From Hypanus sabinus (Eukaryota): 64,000 bases of DNA. The position numbers and the translations under genes were made by a program. Where the stretch lies: positions 29,140,001-29,204,000 of the forward strand of contig NC_082711.1 in assembly GCF_030144855.1 (NCBI RefSeq), in the 5' to 3' direction. Position 1 is the stretch's first letter. Each line of letters opens with the position of its first letter. The notes under the pieces are model-generated. The model did not search any database and was not told where the DNA came from. It saw only the letters and a list, made by a program, of their open reading frames with translations. Positions 61,590 to 64,000 of the stretch are shown piece by piece.

Positions 61590-63269
61590 GTGTACTGGCA
61601 TGAGCACCAGACTTCGAAGCCAATGGCCCAGAGTTCAAATCCAGAGCGCCCCTTGCATGCTTTCCATTGGTGTTAGGTTGAGCATGGAGCTAGCAACTTG
61701 GCCTTGTAACAAAGTCAAAGTGCTACAGAAATGGCAAAATTGCCACCTGATGCTCCAAAGGCATGAAAAGGAACACCAAAGTTGCTTCTCAAGCCAGAGT
61801 TGATATGTTTTATCTCTTCAAGTACTTCACCACAGTGGATGTAAGTGCTACTGGATGGTAGTCATTGAGGCAGGTTATCATGTTCTTCTTAGGCACTGGT
61901 ACAATTAAAGCCTGCTTGTAGAAGGTGGGTACCTCAGACTGCCAAAGCAAGAAGTTGAAGATATTGGTGAACACATCAGCACAGGTATTTAGAAACATAG
62001 AAAATAGATGCAGGAGTAGGCCATTTGGCCCTTCGAGCCTGCACCGCCATTCAATATGATCATGGCTGATCATCCAACTCAGAACCCTGTACCTGCTTTC
62101 GCTCCATACCCCCTGATCCCTTTAGCCACAAGGGCCATATCTAATTCCCTCTTAAATATAGCCAATGAACCAGCCTCAACTGTTTCCTGTGGCAGAGAAT
62201 TCCACAGATTCACCACTCTGTGTGAAGAAGTTTTAGTACTCAGTCAGGTATCTTATTTGGGCTAGATGTTTTCCATGGGTTCACCCTCCTTAAGGATGCT
62301 CTCACATCAGCCTCAGAGACTGAAATCAGAGTGTCTTTGAGGGCTGTGGGAGTTTGTGAAGGTTCCTCCACACTTTGAAAGTCAGAGCAAACATAGAAGG
62401 CATTGAGCTTATCTGGGAGCAAATTCTTTTCGTCACATATGTTTCATGGTTTCACTTTGTAAGAAGTAATAGCATTCAAACCCTGCCACAGCTGACAAGC
62501 ATCTTCAGTTATTCAAGTTTGATCCAGAATTGCCACTTCACCTGTGGGATGGCTTTCCAGAGATCATACCTGGACCTCTTGTATCTTACTTGGTCGCCAA
62601 ACCTAAATGCCATTGATCTGGCCATCAGCAAATTGTGGATCACATGGTTGTTGCAAGACTTCTGATTGGAAAGCCTCTAAATGATTTTGTGGGCACACAC
62701 TCTTCTATGACTATACTTACAGAGTCCTGACAACCATGGTGTATTCATTCAGATCCTGTGATGAGTCCTTCAACATAGTCCAGTCCACCAGCTCAAAGCA
62801 ATCCTGCAGCTGCTGCTCTGAATAGCTGAATATTTGCAGCACTTTCTGTTTCTATTTCAAACTTACAGGGATGACTCCAGGATTGGAACATTTTAGTTGT
62901 GAGAATAAGCCTAGTGTTTTTTTTTCCCCCAAAGGCAAGGACCAAGCGGAGAGAAATGGAGTGTAAACAATTATGAGGGTCAAGATTGTACAAATGGGGA
63001 GGAACCTAATTCCTTTAGCAGAGGGATCTAAATGAGGTATAAATTTAATGCAAAGGGTACAGATATTAGAGGGGAGAGGAAGATTTCTTTGCAATCCAGA
63101 GGATGGTAGGTTCTGGCACTCACTGATTTCATTTTCTGAATGGAAATAAGATAGAAAAACCCCACCACCTTTCAAAGTAAATTGTATTTGTACTTGTGCA
63201 TGATCGAATAAATCAATAAGACAGATATATTCCCAATAAGAAGAAATTTTCGAATGGAAAAAGAACACT

Positions 63270-64000
63270 ACCATGGCTGACAAGTCAGAGCCAAAGTAAA
63301 AGCAATAGAGGGTGCATACAAGAAAGCCAAAGCTAGTGGGAAGATAGAGGATTGCGAAGCTTTTAAAAAGTTGCAGAAGGAAACTAAAAAGGTCATTAGG
63401 AAGGAAAAGATTAAAGAAAGCTGGTTACTAATATCAAAGCAGATACTGAAAGTTTTTTTTTAATTATATAAAGGGCACAGTAGACTTGAGGGTAGATATA
63501 GGACCAATATAAAATGACGCTGGTGATGTTGTAATGAGAGATGCAGAGATGGCAGAGGAACTGAATGCATATTTTGCATCAGTCTTCACAGTGGAAGACA
63601 TCTACAGTATGAAGTATGTGCAGTGAAAATTACAACTGAGAAGGTGCTCAGGAAGCTTAATGGTCTGAGGGTGGATAAGTCTCCTGGAGCTGATGGAATG
63701 CACCCTTGGGTTCTGAAGGAAATAGCTGGAGAGATTGTGGAAGCATTAAAAATAATCTTTCAAGAATTGATAGATTCTGGCATTGTACCGGATGACTGGA
63801 AAATTGCAAATTTTACTCTGCTATTTAAGAAGGGTTGGAGGCAGCAGAAAGGAAACTATAGACCTGTTAGCCTGACATCAGTGGTTGGGAAGTTGCTGGA
63901 ATCAATTGTTAGGGATGAGATTATGGAATACCTGAAGGCACAAGACAAGATAGGCCAAAGCCAGCATGGTTTCCAAAAATGAAAATCCTGCCTGACTAAC
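63270..64000 (+). mobile_element. CR1 ORF2 fragment (runs out of window)
   Basis: DKSPGADGMHP.VLKE..VPDDWKIAN..NYRPVSLTSVVGKLLES..SQHGF. Confidence 0.9.

Larger units (their letters stand above)
60670..61785 (+). mobile_element. tRNA-derived SINE split by the hAT insertion
   Basis: Removing 60687-61597 restores GGCCAGAGGTGTACTGGCATGAGCACCAGACTTCGAAGCCAATGGCCCAGAGTTCAAATCC, a tRNA-like head with a B-box. Confidence 0.55.
60300..62800 (-). mobile_element. Rex-Babar LINE fragments hosting nested SINE, hAT and CR1 insertions
   Basis: ILKFADDTIVIG.I (60426-60656), ADVFTNIFN..IVPVPKK..LNDY.PVALTS (61810-61985), LPDKLNAFY (62240-62422). Confidence 0.8.

Overview
Vertebrate genomic DNA, most likely from a cartilaginous fish such as a ray; this is inferred from the repeat content (HE1/V-SINE-like SINEs, CR1, Rex-Babar and abundant Penelope-like hammerhead repeats). 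Two host genes lie on the minus strand. The first is the 5' part of NCAPG2 (condensin II subunit G2): six coding exons at 22857->4496, plus a probable non-coding exon 1 and CpG promoter at ~28.8-29.1 kb with CHR/CDE, MYB, NRF1 and ACTACA motifs. The second is the 3' end of ESYT2: two last coding exons at 57731->56763 and a probable 3'UTR to ~53.05 kb. The gene order matches human 7q36.3. Most of the rest is layered transposon sequence: a young Gypsy element and four solo LTRs, a full-length decayed L1 with nested insertions, CR1, Rex-Babar, Penelope and RTE-like pieces, and Tigger and hAT remnants. The most unusual object is a 903-bp hAT (Charlie/Buster-like) element at 60687-61589 with TIRs and a perfect 8-bp TSD. 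It carries the 3' end of 28S rRNA and probable 3'ETS fused to a transposase BED-finger fragment. Also notable are many dispersed minimal hammerhead-ribozyme cassettes, one at the apex of a 74-bp inverted repeat, and a repeat-poor promoter-like island at ~37.7-39.2 kb. Family assignments come from recalled motifs, not database searches.
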